This document shows positions 10,900-21,304 of a stretch of DNA of 64,000 bases, piece by piece; the first letter of the stretch is position 1; the number at the start of each line of letters is the position of its first letter. Origin of the DNA: Cycas panzhihuaensis (taxonomy: Eukaryota > Plantae > Cycadophyta); contig CM041465.1 in assembly GCA_023213395.1 (NCBI GenBank), positions 157,735,741 through 157,799,740 on the forward strand. Reading direction: 5' to 3'. The translations under genes were made by a program, and so were the position numbers. The notes under the pieces are model-generated. The model ran no database searches and was not told the origin of the DNA. It was given only the letters and a program-made list of their open reading frames with translations.

Positions 10900-12453
10900 T
10901 GCAATCTTCCGTTCTATGCTCACTTGGCCCCCAATTGTTGCATACGAACGATTTTTGTTCGTACTCTCGCTTAGTTGCGCATTCTGATTTCCAATGTCTA
11001 AATTGTAGACATATGAGATGTCTCCCATGGGTTGTTTCTTCCTCAAGGATTCTTGTGTACTCCTTGTTGTGTATACATTCTGAGGTGGGTTGCCTTCTCT
11101 TCCCCTGCCTCGTCCTCTATACGATCTTCCTCTAAGATTGTAAAATCAATCCTTTGTCGTATGACTATCCACATCACATATGTGGCACCATATGTCCCTT
11201 TGGTGCATTACACTATTCTTCGGATTAATTTCACATTCCTTTGTCGTGTGTGAACTTTCTTCGCAGATGTGGCACCACTTTTCAACCTTAAATTCGCGAT
11301 CCTTCTTTTTCTTTGCCTCTTTCTCTTCTCTGTTATTTTTCATCTTTAATCTTGCTACTTCTTTTCTCAAAGCTTCCACTTCTGATTCCTCTTCTGAGAC
11401 TCCCACCGGACAGAAGGGTCGGTTATGTTGATTCTGCTTGATTTCCCTTATCTCCTCTTGTAATCTTAGTAGGAGGGGGTCGTGCCCTCTGGCTTGAGCG
11501 TCCATCTCTGCTTCAAAATCTAGTGCCAAATCCTGGGCATTCTTGAATGATTTCAATGAATGTGCATGCATCATAGATCTCAGCTTTTCATTTAATCCTC
11601 TGACAAAATAATTGTTCATGTTGTGGTCTGTCACTGTCTCGTTGATCATATTGGCAGCAATGATTTTCATTCGGCTGATATAAGTCAATATTGATTCTCA
11701 CAGTCTTTGTTTGGTTTCCCTTAAGGCAATTTCTACCGCTTCATTGCTTCGGAACTTCTGAAACCTTTCCTCAAAAGACTTCTTTATGTTGGCCCATGTT
11801 TTCTTCTTATTCAACTCCTTGTACCATGCCAATGGTACTCCCCTCAATGTGCAAGTGAATCTGGCCTTTATTTCATCTTCATCTGTGATTTTCTTTACAT
11901 CAATCAAGTTTTAGAACAAATATACATGCTCTGTTGCATCTGAGGTGTCATTAAAGATCAATTTTTCAAAATCTCTGTAGTTGTCCATCTTGGGTGACTG
12001 CACTGGTGTTCCACCCAGTGGTGATTCTTCTCCTTTTTCCTCCTCAAGGGATTCTACTTCTTCCTCTTCACCCTTCCCTTTAGGTGGTGTGTTTGGAGTG
12101 CTTACTGCAATGCTATCCCTTCCAAATAGGGGATTCTTAAATGGCATCTTTAGGTGTATAGGCTCTAGCACACCTAGCACTTGTAGCGTCAATGGTGTGA
12201 CGACTATATACGATTGTTCAGACCCTCTGTCTGATGAATCCTCAAAAAGCTGCCTTGTTAACTTGTTTTCCCAATATGCCAAGGGACCTTCCTCTGCCTT
12301 CTTCTCGTTATCACTTAGGTCTTTCGGGGTATCTTCCACAGGTGTATTCTCCTCCTTCCTTAGGGCGTCTTTATGTTCCTCATTCACTTTTGGTTTTTCT
12401 TCCCTTTCTAGGCTAAACAGGTGATACTTGATTGGGGCTGGTGTTAATACCAT
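10900..12453 (-). pseudogene. gag: G1 gag with capsid domain and up to four CCHC knuckles
   Basis: TLRGVPLAWY..TWANIKKSFEERF; FVRGL; CHICEESSHTTKEC and CHICDVDSHTTKD, plus degenerate LICLQFRHWKSEC and CNNWGPSEHRTEDC. Confidence 0.88.
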
Positions 12454-12810
12454 TTGTTCGCCATTGTTTCCCTCTCCTTGCTCCTGAGGTGTCTGGGCTC
12501 CACTTGCCTCAGATTCTTAAATGGACTATCCCTTAGTCTCGTTATTATGCGAACTTAGTCTTCTTGCCCTTCTCAATTTTGACTCCTTTGACCATCGTAA
12601 TGCTCTCTATCTACTTGTTTCTTTCCCCTTAGGTGAAGTATCATTTTGTGGCTCTCCCACCTTCAAAGGCCTCTTAGGTGGCATTGGAAGGTCCCCTGGC
12701 TATCAGAGGCTTAGTTACAACCTGCCATCACGACGACAGCCAGGGTCCTTTGTCCTTTGAACATTCCCCTTTGTGAAACTCCTGGCCCTAGTCCCTCCTC
12801 AGTGGACGTA

Positions 12811-12823
12811 GGCAACAAAACCA
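12811..12823 (-). promoter_or_regulatory. G1 primer-binding site TGGTTTTGTTGCC (candidate tRNA-Glu)
   Basis: Starts 1 nt after the 5' LTR end with TGG. It would pair with a ...GGCAACGGAACCA tRNA end using two G:U pairs (tRNA sequence recalled from memory). Confidence 0.55.
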
Positions 12824-12824
12824 A

Positions 12825-13661
12825 TGTTGACCTTGGGTTTTATCTCCCTATTGAGATAAGTACACTTGTCAAGGTATCACTGGTAGTCTAGTCTAGGATA
12901 CGGTCAACGTGCTACATACACTTTAATCATCACAGATTTATTCACAATTCCATATAACAATGTCACAGTTACACACAACAATACAATAAACAACACATAT
13001 TCATCATCCAATTCTCATAAAACACATAGAATCCACATTTCCACGTAACTCTTCCTTTATTAAACAATAAGTTTTTACACAACAGGTGCTGGAATGCATT
13101 CCCTATGTATTCCAACCATATACACTAATGTTGTCATATGCATTCCTGAAAAGTACACATCATTATATCTTTGCTTTGTCTTTGCTTGCATACGTCTTGC
13201 TCTGGTACTACTGAGTATCTGAATACTTGGCTCTCACCCTACTAGAATGGTCCTTGTGAAGTCCCTTAAATGTGCCTTCTTAGTGTCCTTTGGTTGAAGG
13301 GTTATGACTCCCTGTCATAACCGTACCCTTTCAGCTGTAAGCGCACCTCTTTGTTAGTCTTTAGTTAATCTTCTTAACTGCTGTCTTAATCATCCGTACG
13401 TCCGTATGTACGTCTGATGTCATCCTAGGTATCCATCTGTCAAGTTCTGCCGTGCATACCTTTTACATGCGCTTGCGTCGTCGAGGATGCGTATACTACG
13501 TTGCACCTTTTCGTGTATGCACCGCCATACGCACCTGCACGCTAATTTTCCTCTTCTTTTGCCTCATGTGTACCTCTGTACGGTCCACACCTGCACATCC
13601 AAGGTCATACAACCTATCTCTGGTATCCACATAGCCCAGTGTGTCAAAATATGTCCCAACA
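12825..13661 (-). repeat. G1 5' LTR (837 bp)
   Basis: Aligns with 3085-3987; adjacent PBS and TSD. Confidence 0.93.
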
Positions 13662-13780
13662 GTAAGCACATCAGATAAATCATTAAGAAGAAATATGCTC
13701 TCCATTTGATGTTTCCATATCCAGTAATTATCAATTCCATTCAATTTTCCAGTGATGATATTCACCATATTTGTAGCCAT
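13662..13780 (-). pseudogene. gag: Copia A gag N-terminus
   Basis: MATNMVNIITGKLNGIDNYWIWKHQMESIFLLNDLSDVL (KLNG.NY..W...M Copia gag motif). Confidence 0.85.
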
Positions 13781-14960
13781 AGCAATAAAATTAATTTAAA
13801 CACTATAATAGTTAAGTGCAAATATGAAAATGAAACTGAATCAAGTGTACTCCAATGCACAAATCAATAGACCATTCACAATTCCTCACCAAGAGCTCTC
13901 AAAACACTCTTTTGGACCTCAAACTCTGTCCACTCTCTCTCTCTCGAAAAAAGAATATTATTAAGATTTGTGTCTCTCTTAGTCTTGGACCAATTTTTTG
14001 AGCTAATTTTTGGTGGTACAAAAGGGTGCTTTTGGTAGTACAATGAGCAGGAGATAGGAAATTTCAAAATGACTTGCTAAAAATGAGAGAGAAGTGAAGT
14101 GTATTAACCCTATTTTTTTTAGAATCTTAAAGTGGTTGCTTTAGCCTTCAAAAAGTGAATTAGTGCCCTGTCTGCTAATGTGACTAAGGTGGCTATAGGC
14201 ACTAAGGGGCTTTAGACTACAAAAATAAATTATAAAACAACATAATTGAAATCAACTTAGGCTTACAAAATATGCCAAAGTCAAAAAAAAATTTCTTACG
14301 TCCTTGATTTTCTAACTTTTTTAGTAGGCAACAACGATTTATGAATTTGACTTTGATCTGCTTGTTTCCCTCACTCCAACATTGTGAATGCAGTTGTTTA
14401 ACTCTTCACAAATGTCATCTCACAATATGCAAACGAATGCCTTTAGCTTGACAACATGTAATCTGTCCAACCGTCACAACCCACTACTGCGAAAATTTTG
14501 ATTGTCCCTTCACTAGCTTCAGCACCACGATCTCACTGGTGGCTCTCAATCAACTACATTTGCAGTCTGCGGTCTACTACCTCGTGTCCTTGCTCAACGA
14601 TTTGAGTTTATCACTAACTGTGATTGTTATTTGTCCTCTACGATTTGGCCTCTATGTTTTTATGCACGTAGTCTCCTCTACTATTTGCGTTTTTACACAA
14701 TGATGTTTGCAATAACTTGCCCAGACACAAACTTCTCAACCACAAAGTCAAGGAAGGATCTTTCAATGGTCTTCAACAATGACCTAGCTTGGGCTTATAC
14801 AAATTGTCGTGTCCTCCAACAATGGAGATATCCAACAATTGATGCCTTCCTTCAACCTGCAATATGGTTTTATTTATTTACTTATATTTTGTTTTGGAAT
14901 AAAAGGAGAGAAAAAATTCACCTAGAAAATTTGACTTACAACTTCTGATTTGGAGTTAAG

Positions 14961-15067
14961 TGCCAGTCCTTGAATTGATAAGGATTGGTTCCATGAACAA
15001 CAACAACTTGTATTTTGATACCAAGTCAAAAAATTGGTGGGTTTGATATTATTTAAGAATAGGACAT
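14961..15067. repeat. 107-bp direct repeat (copy 2 at 20777-20883) flanking Copia B
   Basis: 97/107 identical, ungapped; contains the Copia A PBS/LTR junction. Confidence 0.92.
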
Positions 15068-16020
15068 AATGTCTTATCCTCTAAGTACTAGCATCTTATG
15101 TTAGTGACTTGATTGTAACATATAATGTTAGCCATGTAATATATCTGTAACGTATCATGTTAGTTGTGCTTCTAACCCTAACCTCTCATTAGAGGCCTCT
15201 TATATAAATATGTACTATACCTCTCAATTCAAGACAAGTCATTTTTCAGTTCTGTCTTGCTAGCTTTTGCTTGTAGTTAGCTCTAACATGGTATCAGAGA
15301 TAGGCATGCTTATTCTCAGCGTTTGAAGGAGGAATTTTGTACCATCGCATGGACTATCCATACAATCGTATGGACAAAATTTTGATATGCTCAAAAGCAG
15401 ATGAAATTTGGTTAGCAGGTGCGCCTCTTTGAGCTAATCATCTTTGTCTAAAGGCTCGAAGCCCGATTCTCAGTCGTTCGCCCTAGATCTGCAAAAAATA
15501 GAGCTCGGTTATGTGGAGCTTCCATCAGTCATTTCTCTTTGTACGGTTGATCATTTCAGTTGAGACCGGTATCAATCGAAATATCTTGAGAAGAGCTTTC
15601 ATTTAGTTTATGATTCGACCTGGTTCATCACATGCACAAGCAAAGATGAGCAAAAAAGGCTCGGAACCCTAGCCACTAGTTTGAATTTTGTGGGCCATTT
15701 TCTCATCAACGAAAGCTCTGATTAAAAGTCTAAGACCAGATTTAGAATCCTCTCCACAAAATCTCTCTATTGACTCCAATTTAGATTGATTTTGAGAAAG
15801 TTGATTTTTTGACCTCTCTCCCAAGTTCATACAACAGTCTATATGGTTGACCGTACAATACAAGTTCTTCATAAATCAGGAAAGTGCCTTTAGTCCTGCC
15901 CTCATTTGCACTATAATCATTTTATTCCTTTTCACTTGCTCCATTTTTTAGGCTTTTTTTTTTTTTTTTAAGGGAAGAAACTCAATAGTTGCACCGTATT
16001 TTCCTTTCTTTTACCTATTT

Positions 16021-16370
16021 CACAGGTAGATAACTCTGCTTGGCAGCTAGCTATTCTCAACCGTAGAGACCCTGTTCGGGGGCTCTATAGAAATTGTGTT
16101 GCATTTGTCATTATTGGCTATGCACGTTTTCCATTTAAACCAACGCGTGAAGTGAGGGGATGCGAAAGGACCCAATACCCAGGCCTTAGACTGAGCTCGG
16201 TCACGGATTTGAGCTTCCACGTACCGAAAGGTATATCGAAGGACCCTACAGGACCTTGAGCCCATCCTAAAATGGGAAGCTCGACCATTCGCTGAAGCCT
16301 CGTAGTGCAGTGGTAAGCGGTTAGTGCCATGAAACTACCTGCCACGAATCTCACTTCGAGATTTATTGAT
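16021..16370 (+). other. Candidate structured cis-acting RNA in Copia B leader, homologous to 49307-49645
   Basis: GC-rich island with multiple stems (GTACC-GAAA-GGTAT; TAGAG..CTCTA; GAATCTC..GAGATTT; CAGGTAG..CTACCTG) and collinear blocks shared with G2. Confidence 0.7.
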
Positions 16371-16428
16371 AGGCCGACAAGTCCAGGCAATCCCAAGTCT
16401 AGACTTCTTAGAGTTTATTCACCTCATT

Positions 16429-19400
16429 ATGGCCTCCTCACTTCATCTTGCTGATTCCAAGAAACTTGCCAGAGACAGCTATGAGTCATGCAATACCAAG
16501 ATGCACTCCATTCTTGTGGCTCAAGGAGCTTGGGACCAAACTGAGAGCATCAAACTAGAGCCAACAGGTGTTGTTGAGAAGAAGATATACCTTGAGTAGA
16601 GAGGTCTTGCCCTTGCCTCTATTACACTATCTGTTGTTGACTCCATTTTACCTCACATGGCTAGTGCCATCACTCCTTAGAGGCTTGGAACATACTAAAG
16701 ACCCTGTATGCTCAGAAGAATACCGCTTGCATCATTGCCCTAAAAAACAAATGGCCTTATTGAAGATGTCAGAATTTGAAGATTTCATAACATTTCTTGC
16801 CCGTTTCAAATTATTGCATGAGAACCCGGTGTCTGTCGGGGTCACATATTCTGATGGGGACCTTATTGACCTCATAATTCACAAGCTCCTTGCTCGATTT
16901 AGACACTTCATCACTTCTTACAAGATGACAATTGAAATAGCTCAACCTTCATTTGCTACTGTATGTGGACAACTCCATCATGAACAGATAGAAATCAATA
17001 TGGAAAGTGAGCTAGAAAATGCATTCTCTTTCAAGGTTAGCATTCGGGGTAGGGGCAATTCTACCAAAGGGAACTTTCATAGAACCAATCGGGGAAGAAG
17101 ACGACCAACCAATTACAGGCCTGAAAGGGGACGCTCCCTTCCATGTGCAACCCCACAACAATATTCTGGAGGTCAATCCAACTAGCGGATCATTTGCTTT
17201 TACTGTGAGAAGATAGGTCACTACACCATCAACTTTCGTCATTGCAAGGCTGGCCTAGAAAGCGGGATAATAGCATCTAGGAGCTACTCCAGACAACTTG
17301 ATAGAAGAACAAGAAGAGACAACATTTATCACTGCACTTACTTCAACCACACATAAACAAAACAAAGAAGACTAGTTTATAGACTTAGGAGCCTCCAGAC
17401 ATATGACACACAACGATCTTGGTTTAGCAAGATAAACCCCCCTTCAAGGTGCAAGGTCCGTCGATCTTGGGGACGACACCATTCATGCCATTCAAGAAAG
17501 TGGTACAATTCCAGTTGCCATGCCTAATGGAGATATTAAAATAGTTGGTCAAGTAATGTATGTACCTGGGATGACTAAAAATCTTTTATCTATCTCCTAA
17601 TTGACTGACAACAAACTTCAAGTTTTGTTTGATGGTAACAAATGTACTATTTTTGACAAATACAAAGGCAATAAAGTGATTGGTGAAGGCATTAAAACCA
17701 AAGGATTATACAAATTTCTCGCCTCACCAATTCACTCTGTCCTCAATGCAACCCACAATATTGATAATGGAAAGCTTTGGCATTTGTGCTATGGCCATTT
17801 GCCTTATGATGGCTTATCTTCTTTAAGCAAACATGACGTGGTGAATGGATTGCCATAGATAAAGAAAAGAAACTCAGTCTGTGAAGCATGTATGAGGTCT
17901 AAACAACATAGGTTGCAATTTTCTCCAAGCACTAGAAGGCCAACCTGCAAACTCCAATTAATTCATAGTGACCTATGTGGACCTTTGACTCCACCGTTAG
18001 TTCAAGGTGCTCGATACTATATTTAACCTTTATAGATGACTGCAGTAGGAATGTTTGGATAAACTTTCTTAAGCTAAAATCTAATGTATTTGACACCTTT
18101 TCTCAACTTCATGGCCAAGGTTGAGAAAGAAAATGGCCATTATATCAAATGCTTAAGAATAGATAATAGTGGGGAATTCACCTCCAACGAATTCATACAA
18201 TACTACAGAAGACATGGAATATAGAGGCAACACACAACTCCTTACACTCCTCAATCAAATGGAGTAGCTGAAAGGAAGAACAAGACCATAGCATAAATGA
18301 CTTAGTCACTTCTAAAACAAAAGGGAGTATCAAATAGGTACTGGGCGAAGCAGACAATACAACCATATACCTACTCTATCAAAATCCTACTAAGGCCTTA
18401 GGAAACATGACTCCAGAGGAAGCCTGGTTAGGACTGTAATTTGATGTTTCACATCTCTATATCTTTGGATCCACTGTGTACGTGCATATACGTACTAAAA
18501 AGAGAAGAAAATTGGATGACAGAAGTAGGAAATGTATCTTGGTAGGTTATATTGAAATCCCCAAAGCCTACAGATGCTTGGATCCCTTGAGTGACAAAAT
18601 TTACCCAAGTAGAGATGTATACTTCGACGAAACATCAGATCTTACAGAGGAAGATGACAATCAAACAATTGTCTCATTGGATGATCATGTGACTCTCACC
18701 GTTTCCCATTGGGAACAACGACATCCGGTGGAACATCAATGTGAGTACAACGAAGCATCAAATGGGACCACACAGGTCGGCATGCCAAGAGCTACAAGCG
18801 AATCTGTAGATCAACAACCTGGCTCCTCCACCTCACATGGTATCATTGATGATCAAGAACAATCCTTGCCTACACCGCATAGGAAAATACCTATATGGTA
18901 CTTGAAAACAATGGAGGAATCAAGAACTAACCCTGGTCTCGTCTAAGAAGGAAGAAGAACCAAAAGCCAAAATGCATTACGGGCTTGTTGCCCACTTTGA
19001 CATCACCTTTCAACAGGCCGATAATGATCCTCATTGGAGCAAAGCCATGGATGAGGAAATGGAGTCAATGGTGAAAAACAAGACCAGGGATTTGATTGAA
19101 CCACTGCCAGACAAACCCATAGTTGGGTGTAGATCGATGTACAAAGTCAGAGAAAAAGTAGATGGCTCCATTGAAAAATACAAGGCCCGTCTTGTGGCCA
19201 AGAGATTTACTCAAACCCAAGGCATTGATTATGAAGAAACATTTGCCCCAGTCAACAAGATGATAACCATCAAAACAATAATTGTGTTGGCCGCTCAAAC
19301 TAATTAGTCGGTGTATCAGATGGATGTTAAGAGAGCCTTTTTCAATGGAGATCTGCAAGAGGAAGTCTACATGCAACAACCTCCTAGATATGTAACCAAG

Positions 19401-20530
19401 GGACAAGAACACCTTGTCTGCAAACTCAACAAATCACTTTATGGCCTAAAACAAGCTCCTAAGTCTTGGTATTCTAAGATTGACCCCTACTTGAGGGGTG
19501 TTGGCATGAAATGGTCAGATGTAGATTTTGGACTCTACGTCCACATCAACAAAGACAAACTAATCACTATCCTCGTTGTTTATGTGGATGATTTAATAGT
19601 GACCAGGAGCAACGACAGCTAGATCAACACCCTAAGACATCGATTATCAAAGACTTTTGAAATGATAGACCTAGGGGATCTTCACTACTACTTGGGAATT
19701 GAGGTTCATAAACAGTCAGGTGGGATATTCATCCATCAAGGCAAATACATAACTCGAATCCTAGAAGAGTTCAAGATGACAGATTGTAAGTTTTCTCCTA
19801 CTCCCTTGTGTACAGGAACCAAACTGACTACTGATCTAGAGGGAAAACCAATAGATGAAACTCTTTATAGGAAGCTAGTGGGCAACCTCATATATCTTAC
19901 ATCAACCAGGCCAGACATCATGTTTGCTGTGGGAATACTTTCAAGGTATATGTCTACCCCAAAAGAGTCACATTGGAAAGTAACCAAATGTATACTTCGA
20001 TACTTTCAAGGCACAAAGTCCCATGGGATCCACTACTGCAACCAAGGCACATGACATTTGACTGGATATTCAAATTTTGACTGGGCAAGAGATATTGACA
20101 GTTAAAAATCCACCACTGATTATTGATTCGGCCTAGGGAACGGGATTATCTCAATGAAAACAAAGAAGCAGTCCATTGTTTCCTTGTCCACTTCTAAAGT
20201 TGAATATCATGCTGCAGTTCAATCAGTGTATGAAGCAATCTGGCTCAGATGGCCTCTTGAAGAATTGAGTCAACCTCAAAGACTCTTCGACCATGGTCAA
20301 CTGTGACAACCAGAGCACCATCCAAATGACTAAGAATCTAGTCTTCCATGCCCGAACAAAGCACATTGAAGTTCACCACCACTTCATCTGAGAAAAAGTG
20401 GACAGAAAGGAGGCTAAATTAAACTATTGTCCTAATGAAGAACAACTAGCAGATATCTTTACGAAGCCTCTCTCCAAGGACAAATTTTTGTATCTCAGAA
20501 ATAAAATCAGGATGATAGCAAAGGATCAGA
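16429..20530 (+). pseudogene. Copia B gag-pol (gag, PR, INT, RT, RH)
   Basis: LWHLCYGHL; KLDDRSRKCILVGY; YKARLVAKRFTQ; YQMDVK; VYVDD; TRPDI; many stops and frameshifts. Confidence 0.93.
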
Positions 20531-20827
20531 CATTAAGAGGGGATGTTAGAATATAATGTCTTATCCTCTAAGTACTAGCATCTTATTTTAGTGACTTAAC
20601 TATAATATATAATGTCAGTGATGTAATATATCTATAACATATCATGTTAGTTGTGCCTTTAGCCACAACGTCTCATTTAAAGGCCTCTTGTATGAATATG
20701 TACTATACCTCTCAATTCAAGACAAGTCATTTTTCAGTTCTCTCTTGATCTCTTCTACTTGCAATTAGCTCTAACATGCCAAGCATTGAATTGATAAGGA
20801 TTGGCTCCATGAACAACAACAACTTAA

Positions 20828-20839
20828 GTTTTGATACCA
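20828..20839 (-). promoter_or_regulatory. Copia A PBS (tRNA-iMet type, TGGTATCAAAAC)
   Basis: 10/12 match to TGGTATCAGAGC, directly abutting the LTR end. Confidence 0.7.
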
Positions 20840-21304
20840 TGTCAAAAAATTGGTGGGTTTGATATTATTTAACCATAGGACATTAAACAACATCAAACAC
20901 TCATATGTGCACAATCTTATTCAATTGAACTAAGGTAGAAATGGTCTATCGATGGGTATTTTTAATTATTTCAAATGTTGAGTACATAATGATTATCATT
21001 GGGACAAGACATTATGGACTCGTGAACAATTCACTTAGACTCTCGTCAATTTGACACAATGGCATACATGTGTATAAATAGCACATTGTGTGACATATTC
21101 AGCCAATGACATGACACCACTAATTGATCAATAGAATTTGACCTCTATGTGAGCTAATTATATTTAATGCTCATTAATGAACCTCGAAGTGACTCTTAAG
21201 ACTCTAAGTACACAACTTAATTTATGACTTAAGTAATGACCCCTAAAGAGTTAGATACACAACTAAACACTTAGTACACAAAAATGTGAACATTATTTCT
21301 GACA
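20840..21304 (-). repeat. Copia A 5' LTR (~465 bp)
   Basis: TGTCAAAAA...TTTCTGACA terminal inverted repeat (8/9) and adjacent PBS; partner LTR not in window. Confidence 0.65.

Larger units (their letters stand above)
3085..13661 (-). mobile_element. G1: full-length degenerate Ty3/Gypsy, non-chromovirus lacking aRH (Phygy/Selgy/Athila-like), inserted in Copia A gag
   Basis: LTRs 3085-3987 and 12825-13661 (TG...CA); TSD ATAAG (3080-84) / GTAAG (13662-66); order gag-PR-RT-RH-INT plus a 3' extra ORF. Confidence 0.93.
15060..20776 (+). mobile_element. Copia B, degenerate full-length element
   Basis: LTRs 15060-15288 (lacks terminal TGT) and 20544-20776, ~87% identical by eye; PBS-Met TGGTATCAGAG at 15289; PPT aagagggga at 20535-43. 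Confidence 0.93.

Noticed and set aside
10425-12424. Long plus-strand ORFs (236 aa, 147 aa)
   Set aside because: Antisense shadows of the purine-rich G1 gag.
16024-16075. Twister ribozyme-like TAACTCTGC...GTAGAG (also GGTCTTAAGC at ~26826)
   Set aside because: The conserved L4 loop, P4 stem and pseudoknot partners are missing; no hammerhead CTGANGA/GAAA pair was seen either.
16327-16343. Resemblance to dicistrovirus IGR-IRES PKI end (...GAAACTACCT-GCC)
   Set aside because: No adjacent AGGUA hairpin loop, and GCC is out of frame with gag (88 nt before the ATG).
16296-16370. tRNA-Met-like look (A-box TAGTGCAGTGG, CAT in a loop, TTCGAG)
   Set aside because: No acceptor or T stem pairing, and the homologous G2 copy lacks both boxes and the CAT.
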